From IMG/VR virus record IMGVR_UViG_643348505_000006: a stretch of 64,000 nt of DNA; one strand, written 5' to 3'. Made by a program: the position numbers and the translations under genes. This DNA comes from a virus. Its lineage: Duplodnaviria; Caudoviricetes. Positions within the stretch are counted from its first letter, which is position 1, and every line of letters begins with the position of its first letter. Positions 36,035-46,155 of the stretch are shown piece by piece. The notes beneath the pieces are model-generated. The model saw nothing but the letters and a program-made list of their open reading frames with translations, ran no database searches and was not told where the DNA came from.

Positions 36035-36247
36035 ATGGAAATCGATTGGAAACAGGCGCCAAAGGCTGCTCGATGGTGGGCTGTCGACGCAAACGGAGAT
36101 GCACACTGGTTCTGTGCGCCAAATGTAGCCGCCTTCACTGACTTTTGGTTTTCAGAGCCGGTCAAAGCCCCACTATTTGGCTTTACCGGCGACTGGAGGA
36201 AAAGCCTTATTGAGCGGCCACCGTTGAAATTATCTAACACGTCATAA
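36035..36247 (+). CDS. Trp-rich small hypothetical protein (70 aa)
   Basis: MEIDWKQAPKAARWWAVDANG.AHWF; GAGGA RBS upstream of ATG 36035. Confidence 0.65.
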   Translation: MEIDWKQAPKAARWWAVDANGDAHWFCAPNVAAFTDFWFSEPVKAPLFGFTGDWRKSLIERPPLKLSNTS

Positions 36248-36570
36248 AAATCGGTAGAAAATTATATTTTTCAATATCTTATCATAAATACCAGAGATAA
36301 TTTCAGCGTGAAATTATCTAAATTGGATTTTTGCCTACAATCTGTCGAATATAGGCAGCGCACCGGCAAACCGTGACAATCCCTCCAGCCTTGAGATTTC
36401 AATGATTTGAAGGCGCTCAAACCCCTTTTGAGGACACTTTGAGGGCCGACTTGAAGCCATGCCTGTTTTTGGTCTAAATGGCTGCCGAACGGACATCATG
36501 ATCGTGCCATGCTGTCAAAATAGTGCCAACCGTCTCGCCGCACGATCCGCACCAAGCGCCTGAAAAATAA

Positions 36571-36668
36571 GGCGTTCCCGCGCATTCCCACATAATCCCG
36601 GATATTCCCGTATTTTCCAGATACTGGTGTCAGACAACACTCGCCGCACACTTCCGGAAGTTTGACAC
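36571..36668. repeat. Probable Mu-end region: five 10-bp-phased TTCCC-like boxes plus GTGTCAGAC/GTTTGACAC inverted repeat
   Basis: ttcccg, ttccca, atcccg, ttcccg and ttccag end at 36580, 36590, 36600, 36610 and 36620. TG..CA-type termini are possible at 36495 or 36636. Confidence 0.55.
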
Positions 36669-36870
36669 CCAAAACCGGAAAAATGAAATTTGAAAAATCG
36701 CTTATGGATCGTAAGCTATTGCGGATGATACGCCTCCTGCGAGAACCGCAGCTCCGGATTTCGTTTGCGTAAGTTCCAAAAGCCGAGACTTGGTCATCGA
36801 CTATTTCATGCGTAACAGGATAACTCTTCGCTAACGCTGACGACTCATCTACCAATAGTTTACAAACAGT

Positions 36871-36879
36871 TGGTAAAAT
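36871..36879 (+). promoter_or_regulatory. Extended -10 promoter candidate for the DUF4365 operon
   Basis: TGgTAAAAT about 24 nt upstream of ATG 36903. Confidence 0.45.
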
Positions 36880-36902
36880 CGTTGTCGTAGCGGGGGGGGC
36901 TT

Positions 36903-37400
36903 ATGACCGATTCACTTTTAGCCGATACTGACATAGAAGAAGGGGTTTCCAAGGCGTATGTTCATGCGGTCGCTGTCGCAGCCGGATACGTAACTTCCCT
37001 GAAAGATTTCGACCGTGACGGAGTCGACGTGACTATCGAGGCCGGAAGCGTTTTTCGTCCAAAGATAGACCTACAACTGAAGTCGACCATTAATCTGCCT
37101 CTAGTCGATGGTAAATTAGTGCTCCCGTTGAAGGTGCGGAATTATAATCTGCTGACCATTAAGACCCAAACTCCACGCCTTCTCGTGGTGATGCACCTCC
37201 CGAAGGAAAAGGTAGACTGGATCAATATGCATCCCGAGCAGTTGGTACTCCGAAATTGCGCATATTGGCACGTACTTGAAGGAATGGCTGAAACTACCAA
37301 CAGCACGTCTGTCACTGTCTACATTCCGCAAGCCAATCGATTTAATAAAGACACCTTGGTTGAACTCATGGAGAAGTCTCGAAGTGGAAGCCTCCTATGA
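36903..37400 (+). CDS. DUF4365 family PD-(D/E)XK nuclease-like protein
   Basis: E..S.AYVHAVA..AGY..DRDGVD....IDLQLKST...NYN.L....PRLLVVM.LP. Confidence 0.85.
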   Translation: MTDSLLADTDIEEGVSKAYVHAVAVAAGYVTSLKDFDRDGVDVTIEAGSVFRPKIDLQLKSTINLPLVDGKLVLPLKVRNYNLLTIKTQTPRLLVVMHLPKEKVDWINMHPEQLVLRNCAYWHVLEGMAETTNSTSVTVYIPQANRFNKDTLVELMEKSRSGSLL

Positions 37401-38533
37401 ACGCACCTTTCGTTGACCTTTCGGCTGTTAGGGCTGTATCGCCCACATCATTAAGCGCCTACGTGCGAGCCGAAGGTTGGACCAAGCAGGAGCGGTTTGG
37501 CGAACACAGCGATGTTTATGCCCGCGACCTTGCACCTGAACTGATCATACCTGGAACGACAAAATTGGGTGATTATCCCGAAGTCGTATTGGCAATTATT
37601 CGCACACTCGCAAAGTTCGAGGGCCGAACGGAGGCCCAAGTATTTAAAGATCTTTCAGTCTCTGACCGCGATGTGGTTCGCATTAGGGCGCCAGAGGCAT
37701 TCGATGACGGCTCCTTGCAGGTCGATGCCGGCGTGAACATCTTCGCATTCGGTCGCGATCTTCTTCTTTCTGCGGCGTGCTCCGCCATCGAGCCGCGCAC
37801 TGTGTTTCGTGCAGGAAAGAATAAGGACGCCGTCGAATATATGAATCGTGTTAGGTTGGGGCAGACCGAACAAGGCAGTTTCATCATTACCTTACTCGCT
37901 CCGGTTCCACCATTATTGGAACCGGCACAGCCCGACCTGTGGCCAGTCACCGCCGAAGAACCCTACGATCGGATGGTAACTCGGTTCCTCGCTGACGGTG
38001 TCGAGGCCGCTAGCCACGCTGCGGAGCAGGTAGCCCGTGGAGACAGCGTTGATGCGTTCAATCGGGCGGTGAAGCATGGGGTCAGTGCCAATCTGTGTGA
38101 AGCCCTATCAAGCCTGATAAATATTGGTCATGGTCTTGACGTGTCGGTCACCTGGTCGCGTACCCGCCCAACTCCTGAGCCGCGCCGCACAGTAAGGTTC
38201 ACGAGAGAGGAAGGCGAGGTCCTCAAAGAAGCCGCCCGAGTTTTACGTACGCAGGAGCCTCGCCTTGACGAGGAACTCCAAGGTTACATCGTCGCAGCAG
38301 GACGCAGCCTAGCACAGGTAGATGGACAAGTTACCCTTAAGACATTTGTTGACGGGAAGCCCGTTTCGGTCAAAACAAAAGTTCCAGCCGAAACCTATAG
38401 TCTTGCCTTGACTGCGCACGACGATAAAGTGGCGGTAGCTATTACTGGTGATCTTCGCCGTGAAGGCCAGCGCTGGCGGTTAGATAATCCACGCAACTTG
38501 GCTCTGATGCCTGACGAAGCTGCTTCGGCCTAG
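37397..38533 (+). CDS. Uncharacterised 378-aa partner of DUF4365
   Basis: ATGA overlap with DUF4365; LGQTEQGSFIITL and GVSANLCEAL motifs; beta-rich OB-like C terminus. Confidence 0.8.
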   Translation: MNAPFVDLSAVRAVSPTSLSAYVRAEGWTKQERFGEHSDVYARDLAPELIIPGTTKLGDYPEVVLAIIRTLAKFEGRTEAQVFKDLSVSDRDVVRIRAPEAFDDGSLQVDAGVNIFAFGRDLLLSAACSAIEPRTVFRAGKNKDAVEYMNRVRLGQTEQGSFIITLLAPVPPLLEPAQPDLWPVTAEEPYDRMVTRFLADGVEAASHAAEQVARGDSVDAFNRAVKHGVSANLCEALSSLINIGHGLDVSVTWSRTRPTPEPRRTVRFTREEGEVLKEAARVLRTQEPRLDEELQGYIVAAGRSLAQVDGQVTLKTFVDGKPVSVKTKVPAETYSLALTAHDDKVAVAITGDLRREGQRWRLDNPRNLALMPDEAASA

Positions 38534-38832
38534 AATTTTACATTCCTCCCAGAGCGTGAAGCTCCCACAGAAAATGGCGCCAGCAGTCGCTTGAAGCAAA
38601 GAACGCCACGAGACCAAAAACTCGCTGCGCAGGCTCTTCGCCACGCAAATTGCTGAACTGGGCGTTCAATTTGAAAGTCAAATTTGGCTCTCCGATGACG
38701 TGGGGACCCATGACCGCATTACAAGAGAGTGTTGGTTTCCACGCAGAACTGAGCCGGTTAGGCGGATAATTTCCATTGAGAATTGAGCCATGTGAACCTT
38801 CCCCCAACGCGGTGAGCGACGGGGGCAACGGA

Positions 38833-40359
38833 GTGATCCACATGGGACTTTTAAACATCATCCGTCGGATGGCGCTGCGTGAGAAGCAGTCGATCCGCGA
38901 GATCAGCCGGCGTACTGGGCTGTCACGTAACACGATCGCAAAGTATTTGAACGCTGGCACGATCGAGCCGACGTTTACGGTACCGGAGCGACCGAGCAAG
39001 CTTGATCCTTTCGCCGACAAACTTTCTGGCTGGCTGAAGACCGAGGCAGGGCGGTCGCGCAAGCAGCGCCGAACGCTGAAGCAGCTTCATGCCGATCTTG
39101 TGGCTCTCGGCTTTACCGGCTCTTATGGCCGGGTCGCCGCGTTCGCCCGTGAGTGGCAGGCTGAGCAGCAGACGGCGGGCCGCGGCATATTCGTACCGTT
39201 ATCATTCCGCCCAGGTGAAGCATTCCAATTCGATTGGAGTGAAGATTATGCCGTGATCGCTGGCGAGCGTGTGAAGCTTCAGGTCGCACATATCAAGCTA
39301 TCGCACAGTCGGGCCTTTCTGGTCAGGGCTTACCTGCTGCAAACGCACGAGATGCTCTTCGATGCTCACTGGCACGGCTTCCGGGTCTTCGGCGGTGTGC
39401 CTGCGCGAGGGATTTATGACAATATGCGCACAGCCGTTGATCGGGTCGGCCGTGGCAAGGAGCGGCAGGTCAATATCCGTTTCCTGGCGATGACGAACCA
39501 CTACGTCTTTGCGCCCGAATTCTGCAATCCAGCGGCCGGTTGGGAAAAGGGTCAGGTCGAGAAGAACGTCCAGGATGCCCGACCACGCTTGTGGCAACAG
39601 ATGCCAGACTTTCCAAATCTGATGGCGTTGAATGACTGGCTGGAGCAACATTGCCAGGAGCTGTGGCGGGAGACGCTGCATGGCACCTTGTCAGGCACGA
39701 TCGCGGATGTTTGGGCCGATGAGCGGGCAGCATTGATGGCGCTCCCTGCCATGTTTGACGGCTTCGTCGAGCAGAGCAAGCGCGTCTCACCAACATGCCT
39801 GATCACCTTCGAGCGTAATCGTTACAGCGTGCCAGCATCATTTGCGAACCGGCCCGTCAGCCTGCGGATATACCCAGACCGACTGGTTGTTGCGGCCGAG
39901 GGAAACATTCTGTGTGAACACGCGCGGATTATTGAGCGCAGCCACAAGCTACCGCGAACGATCTACGACTGGCGGCATTACCTTGCCGTCATCCAACGCA
40001 AGCCCGGAGCCCTACGCAATGGCGCACCGTTTTTAGAATTACCGTCTGCCTTTCGACAACTACAGGAGCAGATGCTTCGTCGTCCTGGCGGTGATCGTGA
40101 GATGGCCGATATCCTTGCCCTTGTCCTTCATCACGACGAACAGGCCGTACTCCGTGCTGTGGAGTTGGCTCTGGATGCGGGCGTGGCGACCAAGACGCAT
40201 GTAATGAACCTGCTGCATCGGTTGATTGACGGCAAGACCACCGATGGTCCCGATATCGACACGCCACAGGCGCTAACCTTGTTGCGTGAACCCAAGGCCA
40301 ATGTCGAACGCTATGACGGTTTACGTGTCCGCATCGTGGGAGGTCGCCATGCGTCATGA
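38833..40359 (+). CDS. istA: IS21 transposase IstA
   Basis: [23 protein letters not shown]; [21 protein letters not shown]; GTG start about 38833. Confidence 0.95.
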   Translation: MIHMGLLNIIRRMALREKQSIREISRRTGLSRNTIAKYLNAGTIEPTFTVPERPSKLDPFADKLSGWLKTEAGRSRKQRRTLKQLHADLVALGFTGSYGRVAAFAREWQAEQQTAGRGIFVPLSFRPGEAFQFDWSEDYAVIAGERVKLQVAHIKLSHSRAFLVRAYLLQTHEMLFDAHWHGFRVFGGVPARGIYDNMRTAVDRVGRGKERQVNIRFLAMTNHYVFAPEFCNPAAGWEKGQVEKNVQDARPRLWQQMPDFPNLMALNDWLEQHCQELWRETLHGTLSGTIADVWADERAALMALPAMFDGFVEQSKRVSPTCLITFERNRYSVPASFANRPVSLRIYPDRLVVAAEGNILCEHARIIERSHKLPRTIYDWRHYLAVIQRKPGALRNGAPFLELPSAFRQLQEQMLRRPGGDREMADILALVLHHDEQAVLRAVELALDAGVATKTHVMNLLHRLIDGKTTDGPDIDTPQALTLLREPKANVERYDGLRVRIVGGRHAS

Positions 40360-41143
40360 TCCTGCCAGTGCTGCCGTCGTCATCATGCTGCGTAGTCTGA
40401 AGATGTATGGCATGGCCCAGGCCGTCACGGACCTGATCGAGCAAGGTGCTCCGGCTTTCGACGCTGCCGTGCCGATCCTGTCCCAGTTACTGAAAGCCGA
40501 GGTGGCCGAGCGTGAGATCCGCTCCATCGCCTATCATATGAAGGTCGCCCGCTTTCCTGCCTACAAGGACCTCTCCGGCTTCGACTTCGCCACCAGCGAA
40601 ATCGTTGAGGCGACGGTGCGCCAACTGCACCGATGCGACTTCATGGACGGAGCACAGAACATTGTCCTCGTTGGCGGGCCGGGCACAGGCAAAACACACG
40701 TCGCGACCGCGCTTGGTGTCCAGGCCATCGAACATCACCGCCGAAAGGTCCGCTTCTTCTCGACCATCGAACTGGTCAATGCGCTTGAGCAGGAGAAAGC
40801 AAAGGGCAAGGCAGGTCAGATCGCCGAGACCTTGGTTCGCCTCGATCTGCTGATCCTCGATGAACTCGGATACCTTCCGTTCAGCGCCTCAGGTGGAGCG
40901 CTGCTGTTCCACCTGTTGAGCAAGCTTTATGAGCGCACCAGCGTCATCATCACCACCAACCTCAGCTTCAGCGAATGGGCGACCGTCTTCGGCGACGCCA
41001 AAATGACGACCGCGTTGCTCGACCGCCTGACCCACCGTTGCCATATCCTGGAAACAGGAAACGACAGCTTCCGCTTCAAGGCCAGTTCGGCCGCAGCAGC
41101 ACAGAAGAGAGGAGAAAAGACCAGCACCTTGACTAAAGCCTGA
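40349..41143 (+). CDS. istB: IS21 helper ATPase IstB
   Basis: [36 protein letters not shown]. Confidence 0.95.
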   Translation: MRHDPASAAVVIMLRSLKMYGMAQAVTDLIEQGAPAFDAAVPILSQLLKAEVAEREIRSIAYHMKVARFPAYKDLSGFDFATSEIVEATVRQLHRCDFMDGAQNIVLVGGPGTGKTHVATALGVQAIEHHRRKVRFFSTIELVNALEQEKAKGKAGQIAETLVRLDLLILDELGYLPFSASGGALLFHLLSKLYERTSVIITTNLSFSEWATVFGDAKMTTALLDRLTHRCHILETGNDSFRFKASSAAAAQKRGEKTSTLTKA

Positions 41144-41215
41144 GCAGAAAACCATACTCAGAGGTGGCTCACTTCTCGGTGGAAAAACCGGCTCAGTTCC
41201 GCGTGGAAACCAACA

Positions 41216-42331
41216 GTCGAACACATAGAGGAGCGCACCGTCGCGCCGATCGCGCAGCACCGCCCTTGGTCGGCTGAGATGGGCAGGCAACTGCCTGAGT
41301 GCCGCCATATCGACAGTCTTGCCTACCCCTGCTTTAGCGTCGCGGATCATATGCAGGGCTGCCTGCTGGGTCAGGGTAATGGCACCCGACTGCGGCGTAA
41401 GCCCGCCCTGGGCAAGCGAGGCCAGAACATCTTCCGAGAGAGCACCAACCACGACAATGGAGCGATCGACACGCCCGCCAGCCGTCGCCGCATCGAGCCA
41501 GCGGGCAAAGTCATCGCCGAGCGGCCTGATCAGCCAGTCGGGATCCTTGTTGACCTGGGCGGCCATGATCGGCGGCGCATCGATCAGCTTTTCCGCCGCA
41601 TCAAAGGCCCGAAAGCCAGCCTTGCCGGGATTATGATCCCAGCCTGGATCGATGCCGCGCGGGATCATCCGGATTTCGCCCGTGCGCTTGTTGGTAAACG
41701 CCACGAAATCATCATCAGGCGGCGTGAACGTCAATTCACCCCGCATGCGCTCGACATCGCGATCCGACAGGCTTTGCAAGGTGCAGCGGCAATTCCAGCC
41801 ACATGGTGGCGCCCAGGTGTCCCAATAGGGATGATCGACGGGCAAGCAGAGATTATGCCGCTTGCGATGTTCCGGCCGGGTCCGATCATCGAGAATACAG
41901 ACATAACGCAGCCACGGCCGGCGCGCCTTGTTGCGCTCGAAGGCCGCCCAATGGCCGGCGGCATAAGAGACACGAAGGTTCGCGTTGAAGATCAGCTGCA
42001 GACGGCGAACCGATCCAAGCTGCGCCGGCCCCTGTTTGCCGGTCAGCGGATCAGTCACCTCCTGGACGCCCCACCATCCCTTGGCCTGCAGGATGGGTGT
42101 GATGTCCTTGACCGCTTTATCGACGGATATGCCGTCTTCAACGACGGTTTGAATGCCATTGAACAGGTCAGTCAGGATGTCGAAGCCAGCGGATTTGGCA
42201 ACAGTGAACTGATTGGCATGTTCCTCGCCGTAAGTGTCCTGCCAGGAAAAGGACGGCGAGAGTGTTTCACCGCGTGCCTTCAGCGCCTTGATGGCGTCTT
42301 CGGGTTTAAGGGCGGCAATCGTCGCCGTCAT
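41216..42331 (-). pseudogene. gpF truncated by IS21 within its nuclease-like C-terminal domain
   Basis: Matches prophage 1 gpF up to ..GALLYVFD, then reads into the IS right end (CWFPRG..). Confidence 0.9.
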
Positions 42332-43884
42332 GAGAGCGCCTCATCTGCCTCGCCCGAAATCCTGGCTGAGAAAGCGGCGCGCGCGAGCTGCTCGACAAAA
42401 GCGTTGACGCCCATGGCGCTCACCTGGGCTGCCAGGAGCGCCTGGGTTTCCTCCAGCGTCGTCACCTTGCTCAAGGCATCGGCCAAACCATCGACGACAG
42501 GCGGGGTCATTTCCCTCCAATCCTCGGCCGCGATCTTGGCAGCTGCGACATCGATCGCGTCCCGATCGCCCCCCGCCATCTGACTTTGCGCAGCGACCTT
42601 TGGCGGTGGAGCATCTTCCTGGTCGGACGATGGTGCCGGCGTTGCCGCCTTTGGCACGAGCAGCTCCTCGTCCGCGTCCGGATCCGGCAGACCCAGCTTG
42701 TCACGCATCGTTGACATGCCAACTTTGAGGCCAAGCGGCACCAACTTGACGACGTTGGCAACGAGATCATTGACGTCGGTTTCATCCGGCCGGCCGATGC
42801 GGATCTTCGGGTATTTTTTGCGCGAGCCCAAATTGAGCGCGACCAGCGGAATGACGAGGTCGCGGTTGAGTGTCGAGGCCAGTTGCCGGGCATCGGCCCG
42901 CTCGATATCGTCACGCACGCCGTCATGCACCTTGCCGACGGCATAACCGCCAGCCTGCGCATCCGTCGTCGCGGTCTGACCAAGCACGAGCTTGGAGATC
43001 TGACGGTCGAGCCAATCGGCGCGCCGCTCATAAAGATCGATGCTGCCGAAGAGCTGAGCCTGTACGAACTCGACCGCCATGCTTTCCGGGATGGTCGCGG
43101 CAAAGTCGGCCGCAATGCTGCTGACGGCGCGCAGCAGGACTTCCTTGTCCTTTTCGGAAGCGCTCAAGCCATATTTGCCGAGGCGCAACGGCTGCCCGTA
43201 GGCCTCGCAGAAAATCGCCCAATCTGTCGCCGTGAAGGTCTTGAACAGATACGCCCAGGCCGCCGAGCGCGCCAAGCCGCCTCGGATCGGAAGGCCGGAC
43301 TTGATCTTGGCTTTGTGCACGATCCACTTCGCCGGCCAGAGATCCTCATCGCCTGCGGCACCACGCAGCCGAAGTGTCTCACCATCGTCGCGATCAAACA
43401 CGAACCAGCGCGGATCGCGCCACTTCAGTGCCTCGATCGTCCACTGGCCCTCGGATGTATCCCAAATGATTTCGGTGGCGGAAAAGCCTTTACCGACCGC
43501 ATCGAGTATATCGAACAGCTCGTCTTCAAGATCGTCGCGGCCGATGACGTCACGCACCAGATCGGCCGCTGCGACATCATCGGCGCTATCGCTTGCGGCC
43601 TCGACCGTAATCTCCAGGCCCGCGACCTGGCGCTTTCGAACGCCAAGCACGCCGGCATAATGCTCGTTGCGTTCCTCCATGTCTTCGGCAAGCTCGAGAT
43701 AGCGCTCTGGGTCGCCGTCGATCGACTCCCTGAGGATCCGCGCCAGCTTCGGCGGTGTCAGCCCCGGTGCCTGATGATTGCCGACAGGACGGCGAACACC
43801 GGTCACCGTAGGTGCCGCCTGCTCTTGTCTGATCTGGCCGCTGCTGATCGGATTGCCGTATTGGTCGAGGATCTGGGCCATCAA
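42328..43884 (-). CDS. Portal protein (DUF935)
   Basis: Close paralog of 17837-19393. Confidence 0.93.
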   Translation of the reverse strand: MMAQILDQYGNPISSGQIRQEQAAPTVTGVRRPVGNHQAPGLTPPKLARILRESIDGDPERYLELAEDMEERNEHYAGVLGVRKRQVAGLEITVEAASDSADDVAAADLVRDVIGRDDLEDELFDILDAVGKGFSATEIIWDTSEGQWTIEALKWRDPRWFVFDRDDGETLRLRGAAGDEDLWPAKWIVHKAKIKSGLPIRGGLARSAAWAYLFKTFTATDWAIFCEAYGQPLRLGKYGLSASEKDKEVLLRAVSSIAADFAATIPESMAVEFVQAQLFGSIDLYERRADWLDRQISKLVLGQTATTDAQAGGYAVGKVHDGVRDDIERADARQLASTLNRDLVIPLVALNLGSRKKYPKIRIGRPDETDVNDLVANVVKLVPLGLKVGMSTMRDKLGLPDPDADEELLVPKAATPAPSSDQEDAPPPKVAAQSQMAGGDRDAIDVAAAKIAAEDWREMTPPVVDGLADALSKVTTLEETQALLAAQVSAMGVNAFVEQLARAAFSARISGEADEALS

Positions 43885-45239
43885 TAGCCTCCACGTCTGT
43901 TGCGCATTGAGGAGACGCGGTAGGGCTCATCGTCACCCTGCTGTTCTGAGAACTTGGATGGTGGTGCCGGCGCTGGCTGATAGGCGTATTCACCCACGAT
44001 GCCGTCGGCAGCATGGATGCCCAGGAACGCTGCCCAGGTGCGGTCGGCGTGATCGTCATCGCGCTCGGCCACAAAGCGTGGCGCGCCAGTGGCAGACGCC
44101 ACCTTGCGCAGTTTGTGAAGATCAGCGCGCAGCTTCTGATCGCCCTGGCTGATGCGCACGGTGCGATCCTCGAACCGCTCCTTGCCGCGCGTTGCCATGA
44201 CCAGCTTGTTCGGGCCGGTAAACAACACGCCTTCAACCCGGCTGCCATAGCGGATCTGTGCGTCTTCCGTGACTTTCTCGCCCATGCCGGTCTGGTCGAT
44301 ACATGCCCGGCCGACGCGGTAGCGGGTCATGACATCATCGAAGGCTTCGTCCATTTCGGCAAAGGTGGCGCGCTTCTGCTCGATCCGCTCACGCTCCCAA
44401 AGCACATCGCCGATCTGCTCCCAGACCCAGATGACATGCAGGTCCTCGCGTCGGCCGATATCGCGGCCGACGAAGCAAACATTGCCCTGATAGCCTTCAG
44501 GGTCTCCGGCACGCTCATCCTCGCAAGACGAAATCAGATCGTAGGATAGCCAGGCGCTTGCCTCGTCCAACCACTTCAGTTCGAACTCCTGCGCCCAGCT
44601 ATCCTCATCTGCCAGACCGGCGCGCAGCTCTTCGATGTCGCGCGGCAACCCATCCCGCACCGCCTGATAGATATCAACGACGTGGCGGCTCCAGGGATCA
44701 TCGATTGGCCCGGTTGCCAGCTCATAGAACTTATTGCTTTTGCCGTTCGGTGTGGACGTGACGCGGATATTCCAGCCCTTGGAAATGACTGGAAACAACG
44801 CCCGCCAAATTTGCTGGCTGTCTTTGTGGAAAGCGAATTCATCGAGAAAGACATTGGCGGAAAAGCCGCGTGCCGTGTCCGGATTAGCAGGCAGCGCTGT
44901 GATCTTGGAGCCATGAGGCAACGTGACCTCCAGCGCCTTATGGGTGCCGCTCTCGCCTTCCCAATCGAATTCAGCCTCCTGAAACGCCAAGTCATAGGCC
45001 TTGCAATGGACCTTGATGCCCTCGTTCATGGCTTCCCGCGCCTGGCGTTCACCACGCGACAGGATCACCCAGCGTTCGCGCTTGCCGGAGACAGCCGCTT
45101 CAAAGCAGGTGTCCACGGTCTCCAGCGTCGTCGTAAAGGTCTTGCCGGTCTGGCGGGCAAACATGCCGAGCTTGAAGCGCGAGCGATCGAGCAGCCAGCG
45201 CTGCTGATAGCCATAAAGCGGGACGGCAGGCGACTTCAT
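43881..45239 (-). CDS. Terminase large subunit (different clade from prophage 1)
   Basis: LYGYQQRW..ARQTGKT, LDEFAFH, STPNGK, IDQTGMG, HADR. Confidence 0.92.
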   Translation of the reverse strand: MKSPAVPLYGYQQRWLLDRSRFKLGMFARQTGKTFTTTLETVDTCFEAAVSGKRERWVILSRGERQAREAMNEGIKVHCKAYDLAFQEAEFDWEGESGTHKALEVTLPHGSKITALPANPDTARGFSANVFLDEFAFHKDSQQIWRALFPVISKGWNIRVTSTPNGKSNKFYELATGPIDDPWSRHVVDIYQAVRDGLPRDIEELRAGLADEDSWAQEFELKWLDEASAWLSYDLISSCEDERAGDPEGYQGNVCFVGRDIGRREDLHVIWVWEQIGDVLWERERIEQKRATFAEMDEAFDDVMTRYRVGRACIDQTGMGEKVTEDAQIRYGSRVEGVLFTGPNKLVMATRGKERFEDRTVRISQGDQKLRADLHKLRKVASATGAPRFVAERDDDHADRTWAAFLGIHAADGIVGEYAYQPAPAPPSKFSEQQGDDEPYRVSSMRNRRGGY

Positions 45240-45835
45240 TTCTCAAAAATCCCGTAGATGTCTTCGCGGATCTTGCGCAGAACCTCCTGCCCATCAGGCT
45301 TGCCCTGGGCTTCCATCTGGTTGGAAACCGTCGCAAAGACCTTGTCGGCCTTTTGCTTGAAATCAGCCTCGACCTTGCGCCTGCGATCCGAAGACACGGT
45401 TTGCGCCTGGGTGGAAGCGCGCAGCGCATTGGCCAGAGCCATCGCGCCCTTCGGATCGATGCCGCTTTCGCCCTTGCTGGTGAGCAGTTCAAAGATCAGT
45501 GTCTTGATTGCCTCGGCCGCGATCAAGGTCAGATCGTCGCTGGACTGGGCATCGAACTTGCCGGCAATTGCCGTGGCGATCTCGCGGGTCTCATCCAGCC
45601 GTCGGGTCATCGATGCCAGGCGCACGGAGTACCGATTGAAAGAGCTGAATGACGGGATACAGATCTCCAGCTCGCCGCGATATTCCCGATCGAGCGCCTG
45701 GAGCTTGGAGACGAACTCCTTATAAAGGTCAGTCTGCGTCCGGTCGCGGTCCTGCAGGGCGTCGGATGCCCAGGCAACGATCGGTCCGCATTCTTCCGGC
45801 AACAGTTCGATACCGCTTAAGCGCCCGCGCCCCAT
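45236..45835 (-). CDS. Terminase small subunit (DUF3486)
   Basis: GRGRLSGIELLP..SFSSFNRY. Confidence 0.85.
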   Translation of the reverse strand: MGRGRLSGIELLPEECGPIVAWASDALQDRDRTQTDLYKEFVSKLQALDREYRGELEICIPSFSSFNRYSVRLASMTRRLDETREIATAIAGKFDAQSSDDLTLIAAEAIKTLIFELLTSKGESGIDPKGAMALANALRASTQAQTVSSDRRRKVEADFKQKADKVFATVSNQMEAQGKPDGQEVLRKIREDIYGIFEK

Positions 45836-45837
45836 GA

Positions 45838-46155
45838 TCAGATCCCCGGCCGGCGCGGGCGCGCAACGCCCTCGATGGTGATTTCACGATCCAGGTGCCG
45901 CTTGCCATGGTCGGACAAAGTGGCGAGCTTGATCTCGTCATCGATATCGATGACTGTCAGCGCACCGAGGTTCCGCAGATATTCGATCTGCTGGTTGAGC
46001 CAGGGCCGATCCTGATAGATAGCATTCAGGCGCAATGCCGGAGCCAGCAAGGCAGACGAAAGGCTTTCGCTTTGCTGCTTTGCCAGCTCCTGGAGAATGA
46101 CCAGACGGGCTTTCTCCCTGGTCAGCTTTTCATAATCAACCGCGATGCTGCTCAT
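45838..46155 (-). CDS. Mu gp26-like protein
   Basis: Paralog of 21617-21934. Confidence 0.7.
   Translation of the reverse strand: MSSIAVDYEKLTREKARLVILQELAKQQSESLSSALLAPALRLNAIYQDRPWLNQQIEYLRNLGALTVIDIDDEIKLATLSDHGKRHLDREITIEGVARPRRPGI

Larger units (their letters stand above)
1..36640 (-). mobile_element. Mu-like transposable prophage 1 (siphovirus-type tail), apparently intact; tail-side end lies outside the window
   Basis: Contiguous Mu-like order repressor-ner-MuA-MuB-GemA-Mor-lysis-terminase-portal-gpF-gpI-gpT-tail. The repressor-side boundary is approximate (36495-36700). Confidence 0.93.
38730..41215 (+). mobile_element. IS21-family insertion sequence (2486 bp), no target-site duplication
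   Basis: IRL TGTTGGTTTCCACGCAGAACTGAGCCGGTT and IRR match at 29/30; istA-istB; flanks differ (caagagag | gtcgaaca). Confidence 0.95.

Noticed and set aside
36571-36620. Possible CRISPR-like or iteron array
   Set aside because: Units are only 10 bp with no spacers, and there are no cas or rep genes; better explained as phage-end sites.
38538-38729. Minus-strand 63-codon open frame abutting the IS left end, as a truncated gene remnant
   Set aside because: No recognisable motif; could be chance. It would need a homology search.
40889-42331. 480-aa gpF with a novel C terminus
   Set aside because: The tail after ..LLYVFD is read-through into the IS21 right end and antisense istB, not a real domain.
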